Below are positions 39,844 through 51,400 of a stretch of DNA of 64,000 bases, piece after piece. The stretch is from NCBI GenBank assembly GCA_051313645.2, contig JBNRSN020000009.1, positions 65,224,001 through 65,288,000 on the forward strand, read 5' to 3'. Below the pieces are notes generated by a model, which was not told the origin of the DNA, did no database searches, and saw nothing but the letters and a program-made list of their open reading frames with translations. Every line of letters begins with the position of its first letter. The first letter of the stretch is position 1. Source of the stretch: Centroscyllium fabricii (Eukaryota). The position numbers and the translations under genes are program-made.

Positions 39844-39978
39844 CCAGTTCTGAAGAAAGGTCATCGACCTGAAACGTTAACTCTATTTCTCTCTCCACCG
39901 ATGCTGCCTGGCCTGCTGAGTTTCTCCAGCGTTTTCTGTTGTTATTTCAGATTTCCAGCATCTGCAGTATTTTGCTAT
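39844..39978 (+). mobile_element. Penelope-like end (family A) with intact minimal hammerhead motif at 39846-39882
   Basis: AGTT-CTGAAGA-A-AGGTC-ATC-GACCT-GAAACGTT-AACT. Confidence 0.78.
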
Positions 39979-40626
39979 CGCAAAGGAATCTAGGAGTATA
40001 AATACACAAATTATTAAAAGTTGCACCACAGGTTAGCAAGGCCATAAACAAAGCAAACCAAGCACCAGGGTTTATTCCTAGCGGGATAGAATTGAAAAGT
40101 GGGGAAGTTATGCTAAACCTGTATTGAAACTTAGCTAGACCACACTTACAGTACTGCGTACAGTTCTGGTCGCCATAATGGCCCAGAAATTGGGCTCTGA
40201 ATGCATGAGTACCGACGGGGTACTCATGCGTAGGCCATTGGAAAGTGCCGGTTTCCTGCATGCACTGCACATGCGTGGGAAACCGTCACTTCCGTTCTCC
40301 GAACTAAGGGGTTACGAAGTGAAGCGCGTGTGCAGGAGTGGCAGCGCGTACGTATTGCACTTATGCTTTTTTTCAGGTTTTTCTGTCCGGGTAAGTGAGA
40401 AAAAGTTAGACACGAAAAAAGCAGCCTAAGGCCTGCTTTTAACAAGGTAAGTGCTGAATTCATTCAAATTAAAACATTTTTTCCAGAGGTTTATTATTTT
40501 TAAATACTTTAAAGAAAGGTAAGTTCATTTCTAGCCCCATTAGGAAAAATAATTATTTTTTTCATAAATTTAAATTATTGTTTAACATAGTTATTTCATG
40601 TAATTTATAGTTATTTTACAAATGTG

Positions 40627-43600
40627 TGTCTTATTTTGCACACTTTGTACAAAAATATATATTGCAGGAAAATGGAGTATTATAAATTAACTCTTTTATT
40701 ACAGCATAAGGTCTGATCTTACTTCTAGCAGCTCCACTGGGAAAGTGTGGCTTTAGGACCCCTGTTCCAGAACTTTCCAAACAGTAGCTGTCCTTGCAGA
40801 ATGCCTGCAGCCAATGACATTTCAGTATGCAAGTATTACATCCCCTTTCTTTTAAAAGAAAAATGTTATGCATTACGTTTAAACCGTTCTTCTACATAAT
40901 GTTCCCGGTAGCATAAACATATAAGTAAACTCAGCATTTAACTAACACTGAAAACATCTCAACATTTCTATGTACAGTTTTAGGGCAGCGAATCACCTAC
41001 ACCCTTTGGCAGTTCACAAGCCAAGGATAACTCTGGGCTTGACCTCTCATCCCGACCTTGTGTGGTATGCCCCTGAATCAGTCAACAGTTCAGGTTCAGG
41101 TTTAGGTTCAGGTAAGTATGATGTGTTTTGTGTATTGCTCTGTTCATCACAGTCTGTTGAACTGATCCCCTCGTCGGAATGACGGTGTTGTTCCTTGGTG
41201 TTCAGGAGGTGCCTGCGATTCTGCTCCATGTCAGCTGGCTGGATGACGATTGCTGGCTTCCAGTCGTCATGCTGCTGGATTCTGACGGATTCTCCATTGT
41301 GCAGCGGCGGCAGTAGTATAGCTGACCTGTGATAGTATCGCTTTTGGTGTTGCTGTCTCTGTATACGTTTTAAATGCACTTGCTTGCAGCTGACGACCTC
41401 TGGCTGTAGCTGCTGGTTTGAGCTTGGAAGGATTGAGCGAAGTCTGCGGCTCAACAGTTGCGCTGGTGACTTGAAGTTGCCAACCGGCATGTTGCGGTAC
41501 TCAAGGAGACTGACATATGGGTCTTTTTGTCCGCTTTGGCTTTGTCCACGAGTGTTTTTGCAATATGGACAGTTTTTTCAGCAAGGCCATTCCTTTGAGG
41601 GTAATGTGGGCTTGGTGTGACATGTGTGAAATCCCATGCCTTGGCAAACGACTCGAACTCTTTTGATGTTTATTGGGGGCCATGGTTGGAGACTAAATTC
41701 TCTACTATGCCATGCCTGGCAAAAGCGGTCTTTAGCTTGTGGATCACAGCTGCAGATGTGGTGCTGTGAAGCTTGTCCAGTTCAAAAAATCTGCTGTAAT
41801 AGTCAACAGTCACTATGTAGTCCTCATTGTTCCATGTGAACAGATCCGTTGCCGCGACCTGCCAGGGACTGTCTGGGATATGGTGAGGTATCATGGGCTC
41901 TTTGACATTTGATGGGCGGCGTTCTAGACAAATGGAACATTTTCCAACAATGTCCTCAATGTGTTTGCACATTCTGGGCCAAAACATAATGTCACGTGCT
42001 CTTTGTTTGCACTTTTCCATGCCCATTAATCCAGCATGAACTTTTGTCAACATCTCTTCTCTGAGACTGGTAGGGATGATGATTTTCTCCCCTTTGAAGA
42101 CGATTTTGTTGATTTGTGACGGTTCGTCTCTGTAGTTCCAGAATTCAGATATGCTCTGAGGGCATTTCCTGCTTTCCTCAGGCCATCCTTCATGTAGGAC
42201 TTTGCTCAGCAGTGTGAGATGTGCAGCTTTCTCTGTTTCTGCTCGATCTCCTTCAGTTTTGAGTCACTCAGGTATGCTGTTATACATCATGTGCACCTGC
42301 ACATCCATGCCGTCACTAAGGCTGCTGTCCTGGTAGCTAAGAGACTTTCTGGAAAGTGTGTCTGCAACAGGAATGTCTTTTCCTGGACAGTGGATGATTG
42401 TGAAGTCGTACTTCTGTAGCTGAAGGACCATTCTCTGTAGCCTTGGTGGGGCTGCGGCTAGCGGTTTCCTCATAATTGACTCGAGGGGCTGGTGGTCGGA
42501 TTCCACAATGACTTGTCGGCCATAGATGTACTGGTGGAAATGCTTACATTCGAACAGAATTGCACATAGCTCTTTCTCAATTTGAGCATAGTTGATTTCA
42601 CTATTTGAGGGAGATCTGGAAGTGTAGCTGATAGGCTTTCCTTCTTGCAGTAATACTGCACCTAGTCCGTACTTTGACGCATCCACTTGTAGTCTGAGCG
42701 CTTTTTTGGGGTCAAAGTAGGCAAGAGCTGGTCTTGGTTCTCTGGTGATTAGGTCTTTCATTTTCTGAAATGCTATGTCATGTTGTTTATCCCACAGGAA
42801 TTCATTGGATTGTTTGAGCAACTGATGCATGGTTGCATTGATTTCGGTGAGGCTCGGGGCAAACTTGGCCAAGTAGTTAACCATGCCAAGTACTGTTTCT
42901 AGCTCTGCACAGTTCTTCGGCGGCTCCATCTTCTTGATGCGGAGATTTTCTCTGGATCCGGCTTAACACCATCAGTTGAGAAGCGATGCCCGAAATAACT
43001 GATCTCGGTGGATCTGATTATGCTTTCCTCGGGGTTGAGCCGGATACCTTTCTCCTGTGATCTTTGTAGCATCACACGGAGGTTCCTGTCATGTTCCTCT
43101 CTATTCCTGCCATAAATGAGGATGTCGTCTACGATTGCAACTACTCCATCAAGGCCTTCATAGGTTTCGTCAATCTTCTGCTGGAATTCATCCTGAGCTG
43201 AGAAGACCAAATGGTAAACGCAGAAATCGGTAGTGCATCCATGACACTGAAGTAACATGCTCCCACTAGCTTGGGTGTGATGTCATCTAGCATTGGTAGA
43301 GGGTAGTGAGGACATTTAATAGCCTTGTTCAAATCTCTGGGGTCGAGACAGACTGAGCTTGCCTGTACGTGGTTTCTCAACCACTACTAACGTGTAGACC
43401 CACTCTGTCGGTTCTGTTTCCTGGACGATGATTTCTCCATGCTCTGCAGCTCCTCCTTCAGGCGGCTATGTAGAGCAAGGGGTATTCTTCAGTGGGCAAA
43501 CCACAGGGGTTGCTGCTGGGTCAAGGTGAATAGTGCATTCACCTGGGAAGAGTCAGATTCCCTTGAAAACGTCGGCAAACTCCTCCATGACTGTCTGCTT

Positions 43601-44207
43601 CTCAACTGGTGCTGTCAATGATAGCACTAGCTTGATGAGGTCCATGTCTAAACATGCCTTTAGACCTAGCACTGGAGGTGCTCGACTGTCAATGCAAAAG
43701 TCCATCATGTCGCTTTCTTTGTACTTGCATTTCATCGCGCATGTGCCTTTTACCACGAGCTGCTCGCCTCCATAGCTGGTCAGTCTGCATGAAGTGGACT
43801 GAAGCTCACACTCACCCTTCAAGCTGTGATACTCACTCAGAGGAATTATGTTAACTTGAGCTCCAGAGTCTAGCTTAAATCTAAGCTGTGCCCTGTTTTC
43901 CTACCTCGATGTCTGCGAAAGCTTGTTCAGTCTCTGAAATCTGGTTTTTTCTGTGACTCAGAATCGATAAACAGTTCCTCTGTATTTGGCTCTCTATCTG
44001 GCATTTGGCTGTCACTCACTGTGTGTACTGCTTTCCCAAAAAACATTATGCACACTTTAGCAAAGTGGTTCCGTTTACCACATTGCCTTCCTCTGGCAGG
44101 GCAATTCTCATTTTCCCGACGCACCTTATTTCCACAATGCCCACAGTTTCTGAATCGTTTTATGTCTGTGTCACCCATTTTTAGAACTCTGTTCTGAAAC
44201 TCGTGCG
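40627..44207 (-). mobile_element. Gypsy G2 (Mag-like) 3' part: zinc knuckle, pol, PPT, 3' LTR 40627-40840
   Basis: CGKRNHFAKVC, KLDSGAQVN, CLDPRDLN, IVDDILIYG, VDASKYGLG, PPRLQRM, VDYYSRF; PPT AAAAGAAAGGGGA before TGTAATAC. Confidence 0.92.
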
Positions 44208-45186
44208 TGAGGGACAAGATTTAGTTACTATAGCAGGTAAGTTAATTTTTTAACTTTAATTTAATTTTTTTTACAGTTTTGGGGAGTAATGTGGCCAGAT
44301 CGGTTGCGTTAAATTTTTAAGTTAAAGTTTAAAAAAAAAATTACAAATCCAATTTTAAGTTAATTTACCTGTTTCAAATCGCTAATTTTTAAAGTTAAAT
44401 TTCTGGAATTTTTAACTGTAGCTATAATAAAAAATCTAAGAGGAAAAATGGCAGACTTACCTAGCGTTTCTTCCTCTGAGAAGCTGCTGTGCCCGCGCTG
44501 CTCCCCGCCGAGTCTGTGAGTGCAGCTCCGCACGTCCCTGCTCTCACAAAGGTCCGACTCGGGATCTGTGCACATTTTAAAATTTAAATTAGGGATCTGG
44601 GGGCGTATTTTATTTAAATTTGGGATCTGTGGGCGGGGCATACACTGCGCACCTAGCGTGGCTGGACTGCCACGCAGCGCAGGAATGGGGAGGAAAGTCA
44701 GGGAGCAACTTCTGTGCGATGTTGGTGCGTGCGATAGGTGTCCGCAGGGTCCTAGCGCACGCACCAACCTGCACAGACGAAATTCTGGCCCATTATGTAT
44801 ACCCTCGCATTTCTGGTATCATCCTTGTAAATCTTCTCTACACCCTCTCCAGTGCCTCTACATCCTTTTTATAATTGCCCAGAAATTCGGGTTCGAGGCT
44901 TCCCGCGTGTGTTAGCCTCCAACCTGCACTAACCTTGCGTGCCGGCCATTGAGCTGTGGGCCCACATGGAATTCCAATCCAGGGCCTGCTTCAACTGCCG
45001 GCGCACTGTGCTTGCGTATCCCAGTGACGCAGTTAGTGCGATGGATCACGTGGGCCATGGAGAGCCAATCCGAGCAGAGAGTGCTCCATTCATAAGTTTG
45101 ACAGGAAGAGCTGTCAAAACTATGAAAACTACAAGCCCCAAAACATCACTGAAACGTCAAATAATGTTTATTTTTTTTAAATCACA

Positions 45187-45975
45187 ATATTTGCATACTG
45201 AATTGTCATTGGCTGCAGGCATTCTGCAAGGACAGCTACTGTTTGGAAAGTTCTGGAACAGGGGTTCTAAAGCCACACTTTTCCAGTGGATCAGACCTTA
45301 TGCTGTAATAAGAATTAATTTATAATACTCCATTGTCCTGCAATAAATTTTTGTACAAAGTGTGCAAAACAAGACATGGTGTCAGAATAAGGGATTGAAA
45401 ATGGAAATTGTTGGAGCTCCCTCACCAAGAATAAATTGGGAGTTTTTAAAATTTACCCAGAGGATGGCGCAAGTTCAAGCAGCACGTCGACTTGATGTTT
45501 GCTGGTCCTCTGCAAAGCAAAGGGGAGGAAGAAAGATAGAGATTTTTTTAATACATGGTCTCTCACCACAGATGAAGCTTAGGTACTGAAAAAATTATTT
45601 GATTGTTTTGAATTATATGTGATGCCCAAGAAAAATACGATATTCGCTAGGTACAAGTTTCAGCAGAAAGTACAAGCACCTAGTGAGTCACTTGAACAGT
45701 TCGTGACTGAATTAAAACTGCTGGTAAAGGACTGTGAATATGCAGATCAAGACGAAATGGTCAGAGACTGCATCGTGTTTGGAATACATTCAACTGAAGT
45801 GAGAGAGAAACCTTTGAATGTTGGGTCCGGGCTAACGCTGGACAAAGCTATAGACATAGCTAGATCGCATGAGATAGCCCAAGCACAGTTGAAAACCATA
45901 GCCATGAGCTGCTTGCATGAACAGACAGCGCACGCGGTGTTTAAATACATACCAAAGAACACCACCCAGAGAGCG
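45187..45975 (+). mobile_element. Gypsy G2 5' part: 5' LTR (about 45187-45376), tRNA primer-binding site (PBS), gag
   Basis: LTR is an inverted copy of 40627-40836. PBS TGGTGTCAGAA at 45377-45387 is complementary to a tRNA-Leu 3' end. Gag motifs FARYKF..ESLEQFVTELK..LTLDKAI. Confidence 0.9.
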
Positions 45976-46649
45976 TGTTTTTCCCGGGTGCAGCTTGTGG
46001 GCCAGTTGCACACAGAATCACTCACCAAAAATCACCCTTTTGGATTGCAAATTCTGGGTGCAACTCACTCCTGCGTTTGATGCTGAGGGCCCTTCTCCCT
46101 CAGCATTGGAAATCTCCGTTCCGTGGGCATCCCCCGTGCGTTCATCGCACGGGGCATTTTGGACCCCCTCCGTGCGTGTGCAGCTCCTCTGGGCCACAGG
46201 AAATTCTGGCCCATTAGAAAAGGATGAACAGTCTGGATCTTTTTTCTCTTGAAAAAAGGCTGAGGGATGACCTAATGGAGGTCTTTATAATTATTTAACA
46301 TTTTGATAGTGGTACAGAGAGAATGTTGCCACTTGTGGGGAAGAGCATAACTAGAGGTCATCAATATAAGATAGTCACCAAGAAACCCAATAGGGAATTC
46401 AGAAGAAACTTCTTTATCCAAAGAGTGGTGAGAATGTGGAACTCACTACCACAGGGAGTGGTTGAAGCTAACAGCATGGAAGCATTTAAGGGGAGGCTAG
46501 ACAAGCATGAGGGAAAAAGGAATAAGGGTTATGCTGATAGTTTTAGATGAGGGAAGATGGGAGGAGGCTCGAGTGGAGCATAAATGCCAGCATGGACTGG
46601 TTGGGCCGAATGGCCTGTTTCTGTAATGTATATCGTATGCAAGAAGGCT

Positions 46650-46860
46650 AGGAGTTCTCCTGCTGTCCTGGCCAATATTTATTCCCCAACCAGCGCCACC
46701 AAAAAGAGATTAACTGGTCATTTATTTCATTGCTGTTGTCGGACCTTGCTATGCACAAATTGACAGCCACATTTAGCTACACTTCAAAAATAAGTCATTG
46801 GTGTGAAGCAGCTTGGCACATTGAGTATGTGAAAGGTGCGATATAAATGCAAGTTCTTCA
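46650..46860 (+). mobile_element. DeuSINE fragment
   Basis: gtcctggccaatatttattcc...ctggtcattt...aaggtgcgatataaatgcaagtt. Confidence 0.7.
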
Positions 46861-47297
46861 ATTTTATTCTGGTTTCCAGATTGCCAAAAATATTACTGAT
46901 TTCAATAAAAAAAATTGCAAAGAAAAAATAGCATGTTGGAAATGAATAAAAATGCAAAATGCTGGAAATGTAGAGCATACTGGAGCCAGCTTGGACTGTA
47001 CTACACCAGGGAATAACTCGAGATTGATCAGTCAACTAAGCTAATTAATGGGAGCTGAATTGATAGATCTGTCACTGGGGACTGCAATTCTTCCCATCCA
47101 AATCCAGATAACCTTACAAGCCTGTCATAGTCCTGGCTGGACAAGCTGTCGAAGCTTACCAGTGTTCTGTGCTGGTGACTGTGTGGCTTTAGCTGATTCA
47201 ACCTATATTAAATTAGTAACTTATATTAATAACTTGAATCAGATACATATTAGTCTTAAGTTTCTATAAGTTAGTTAATAGTCTGCTAAATAGAGGC

Positions 47298-48469
47298 ATG
47301 GCAGGGCAGCTCAGTCCTACGGAATGCACATCCTGTGCTATGTGGGAAATCAAGAATGCTTCCCATGTCCTGGACAACCACGTGCATGCAGGAAGTGTCG
47401 TCATCTGGAGGAGCTCGAGCAGCAGCTGGCATCACAGCGGTGGATCCGCAAGGCTGAGAGTTTCATGGGTAGCGCGTTTCAGGAGGTGGTCACCCCACAG
47501 ATAAGGAGAGCACAGGCAGACAGGGAATGGGTGACAGTCAAACTGAAAATGAGGACCAGGCAGGTAGTGCAGGAGTTCCCGGAGTGCATCTCGCTCTCCA
47601 ACTAGTATTTGTTCTCCGTACTGCTGAGGGTGATGGTTCCTCTGGGGAGTACAGCCAGAGCCAAGTCCACAGCACCACAGGTGGCTCAACTGTACGGGAG
47701 GGGAAGAAGAGTGGGAGAGCAATAGTGGTAGGGGATTCGATAGTTAGGGGAGCAGACAAGCGTTTCTGTGGCTGTAGACGTAACTCCAGGATGGTATGTT
47801 GCCTCCCTGGTGCCAGGGTCAAGGATGTCACTGAATGGCTGCAGAACATTCTGAGGGGGGAGAGTGAACAGCCAGAGGTCGTGGTCCATATTGGTACCAA
47901 TGACATAGGTAGAAAGCGGGATGAGGTCCTGCAGGCAGATTTTAGGGAGCTAGGAAAGAGATTAAAAAGCAGGACCTCAAAGATAGTAATTTCCGGATTA
48001 CTCCCGGTACCACGCGCAAGTGAGTATAGAAATAGTAAGATAAAACAGATGAATGCGTGGCTGGTGAGAGAGGGAGGGCTTCAGATTCCTGGGGCATTGG
48101 GACCGGTTTTGGGGGAGGTGGGACCTGTACAGGCCGGACGGGTTTCACCGCAACAGGGCCGGAACCAATATCCTTGCAGGGAGGTTTGCGAGTGCTGTTG
48201 GGGTGGGTTTAAACTAATTTGGCAGGGGGATGAGCACCAGGATGGTAACATTAGAAAGTGGAAATAAAGTGCTCAAAGGATTGGAAGAGGCAGAGAGCAC
48301 TAAAGTAAGAAAGAGTAAGGTATTAGGTGGTGTCCAACTAAGACAGAATACAGAATGGTCTAAGATGGATTTACAGTGTATGTATGTGAATGCACGAAGT
48401 GTAGTAAAGGTAAGTGAGCTGCAGGCACAAATAGCCACATGGGAATATGATGTTGTGGCAATAACAGAC
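47298..48469 (+). mobile_element. CR1 5' part (ORF1 esterase and ORF2 start)
   Basis: MAGQLSPTECTSC, VGDSIVRG, VHIGTND, NARS..YDVVAIT. Confidence 0.92.
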
Positions 48470-51400
48470 TGACGTATCGTCAATAGTCTTAATAAAACCA
48501 AGGACGAGTAGTTACCTTAACTAGAGGCTTTTATTAGCTTACAATGGAGCTACGCTCCGATCGAACATCAGGTACAGAATGGATAGGGGCAGGTCAGTCC
48601 CCACCTATAAGGCACTCACCTGAGGGGAGGAGTTAGAGGTGTGGCTGACCTGACCCCGCGACAGTGTCGCAATACAAGGCAGTGTATTACAGTATATTAT
48701 GTACCCGGCCGCTATACATGCAATGCAATATTGGCAACAATATTGGGGCGGTAAAGAGTACATATATAACGGTTACCACATTCACCCCTTCTTTGAAAAT
48801 TAAGTCCGGCGGGGTGAATGGACCGAGCAGTTCATAAGTTTATCCGGCGGCCGCATCTGTCTGGAGGACCGCCGGGTCTCTGTTAACGGTTCAGGTGCTT
48901 GCAGTGTCGGCCCTGGTGTTGGTGGTGGCGGCGGCGGCGCTGTAGGTGCTGATGGTGGTGATGGGGCCGAGCCCCGTGGTTGCTGCTGTGCCTGCGGCTG
49001 GTCGTCTGTTTCCTGGTCCTCAGCTGGCAGTGGCGGGGGCTGTGGTGCGTACGGTAGTAGCGGCCAGCCTCCGGTGGGTTGCGGGTGATGAGTCGGCCAA
49101 TGGTCGAGATGTAGTGGCTGGAGGTGGCCGAAATGTAGTGGCTGGGCGTGCTGGGGCCCGGCCAAGGGTTCTGCTGCGGTGCTCCCGGCGGGCGCTAGGT
49201 CCCTGATGGAGACGGTGTCCTCGCACCTGTCCGGAAACTGCACGTATGCGTACTGCAGGTTGGCGTGCAGCAGCTGCACCTTGTCTACCAGGGGGTCGGT
49301 CTTGTGGCCGCGGACATGCCCTAAGCAAGACCGGCCCCGGCATCGTCAGCCATGGTGGGAGGGCTGTCCCCGAAGTCGACTTCCTGGGGAAGGAAAAAAG
49401 CAAATCATGAGGTGTGGCGTTAGTGGCCGTACACAAGAGAGCGGATCGAGTGCAGCGCGTCTGGGAGGACTGCCTGCCAATGGGACACTGGAAGGCCTCT
49501 GGACTTCAGGGCCAGGCTGACCGCCTTCCAGATGATCCCGTTCTCCCTTTCTACCTGGCCGTTCCCCCGGGGGTTGTAACTGGTCGTTCTGCTCGAGGCA
49601 ACCCCTTTCTGGAGCAGAAATTGGGGTTTGCACTCGGCGCAGATAGGGCACTCTTTGGTCATAGCCTTTATCTCCGGAATGGAGTAGGGGAGGCTACGGG
49701 ATTGGACGAAGTGGGCGAGTCTGGTGACACCCGGGTGGCAGAGGCGATCGTGGAGGGCCTTCAGCCGGTCCAGCTGGGCGCTGGCGCACATTCCCCTGGA
49801 CAAGGCGTCCGGGGGTTCGTTGAGTTTGCCTGGACGGTAAAGAATGTCGTACTCGTAAGTCGAGAGTTCGATCCGCCACCGCAGGATCTTATCATTCTTG
49901 ATCTTACCCGGTTGTTTATTATTAAACATAAACGCCACCGACCGTTGGTCGGTGAGCAGGGTAAAACGCTTACCGGCCAGGTAATGACGCCAGTAGCGCA
50001 CTGCCTCCACGATAGCCTGGGCCTCCTTCTCCACTGCTGAGTGCCGAGTTTCGGGTCCCTGTAGGGTCCGGGAGAAAAACGCTACGGGCCTGCCTGCCTG
50101 GTTCAGAATGGCGGCAAGGACGAAGTCCGAAGTGTCACTCTCCACCTGGAAAGGGATGGACTCATCAACGGCGTGCATGGTCGCCTTGATGATGTCTTCC
50201 TTAATCCGAGCGAATGCCATTTGGGCTTCTTCCGAGAGGGGGAAGACGTCGGCCTTGAGGAGGGGTCTGGCCTTATCCGCGTACTGGGGGACCCATTGCG
50301 CGTAATAAGAAAAGAACACTAGACATCTCCTCAGGGCTTTGGGGTTGTGAGGTAAGGGCAGCTCTTGCAAGGGGCGCATACGCTGTGGGTCGGGGCCGAG
50401 GACTCCGTTTTCCACCACGTATCCGAGGATAGCGAGCCGATCCGTACTAAAGACACACTTGTCTTTATTATATGTGAGGTCCAGCCGTTTCGCCGTGTGC
50501 AGGAATTTGGCGAGGTTGGCATCGTGGTCCTGCTGGTCATGGCCGCAGATGGTCACGTTGTCCAGGTTGGGGAAGGTGGCCTGCAACCCGTTCTGGTCAA
50601 CCATACGGTCCATCTCCCTCTGGAACACGGACACCCCGTTGGTCACGCCGAAGGGGACCCGGAGGAAGTGGTAGAGCCGGCCGTTCGCCTCGAAGGCGGT
50701 GTACTGGCAGTCGGCTTTCCGGATGGGGAGTGGTGATACGCCGACTTGAGGTCAATTGTGGAAAAGACCTTGTACTGGGCGATCTGGTTTACCATATCCG
50801 AGATGCGGGGGAGGGGGTAGGCGTCGAGCCCGGTGTAGCGATTAATCGTCTGGCTATAGTCGATGACCATGCGCAGTTTCTCACCCGTCTTAACCACTAT
50901 GACCTGGGCCCGCCAGGGGCTGGTGCTGGCCTCAATGATCCCCTCTTGCAGCATACGCCCGACTTCCGACCTGATAAACGCCCGGTCCCCTGCACTGTAA
51001 CGCCGACTTTTGCTAGCAATGGGCTTGCATTTGGGGTCGAGATTGGTGAACAGTGAAGGGGGGTCGACTTTTAATGTGGACAGGCTGCAAGTCGAGCTCC
51101 GCGTTAAGTTGGGATTGTCCCAGCTACTGACGGTGAGGGGGGCCAGGGTCCCACCGAAATCCATCGTCACGCTCTTCAGGTGGCACTGGAAATCCAGTCC
51201 CAGTAAGACTGGGGCGTACAGCTGCTGGAGCACGTAAAACTTAAAATTGCGGTAAATGCAGTCCCTGATCGTGAGCGTGATGCTGCAGTAGCCGGTAACG
51301 TCCGCCGTGTGGGACTTTGAGGAAAGGGAGACCTGGTAGTGCGTGGGCTGGGTCTGCAGTGCGTAGCACCGTACTGTGTCGGGATGAATAAAGCTCTCTG

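Larger units (their letters stand above)
39980..46640 (+). mobile_element. CR1 3' part in three pieces (39980-40179, inverted 44791-44875, 46212-46640), broken by two GG..CC-ended MITEs
   Basis: YCVQFWSP at about 40150-40175 continues as YKKDVEALE on the minus strand at 44872 and resumes on the plus strand at 46212. MITE ends at 40180, 44790, 44876 and 46211. Confidence 0.8.
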
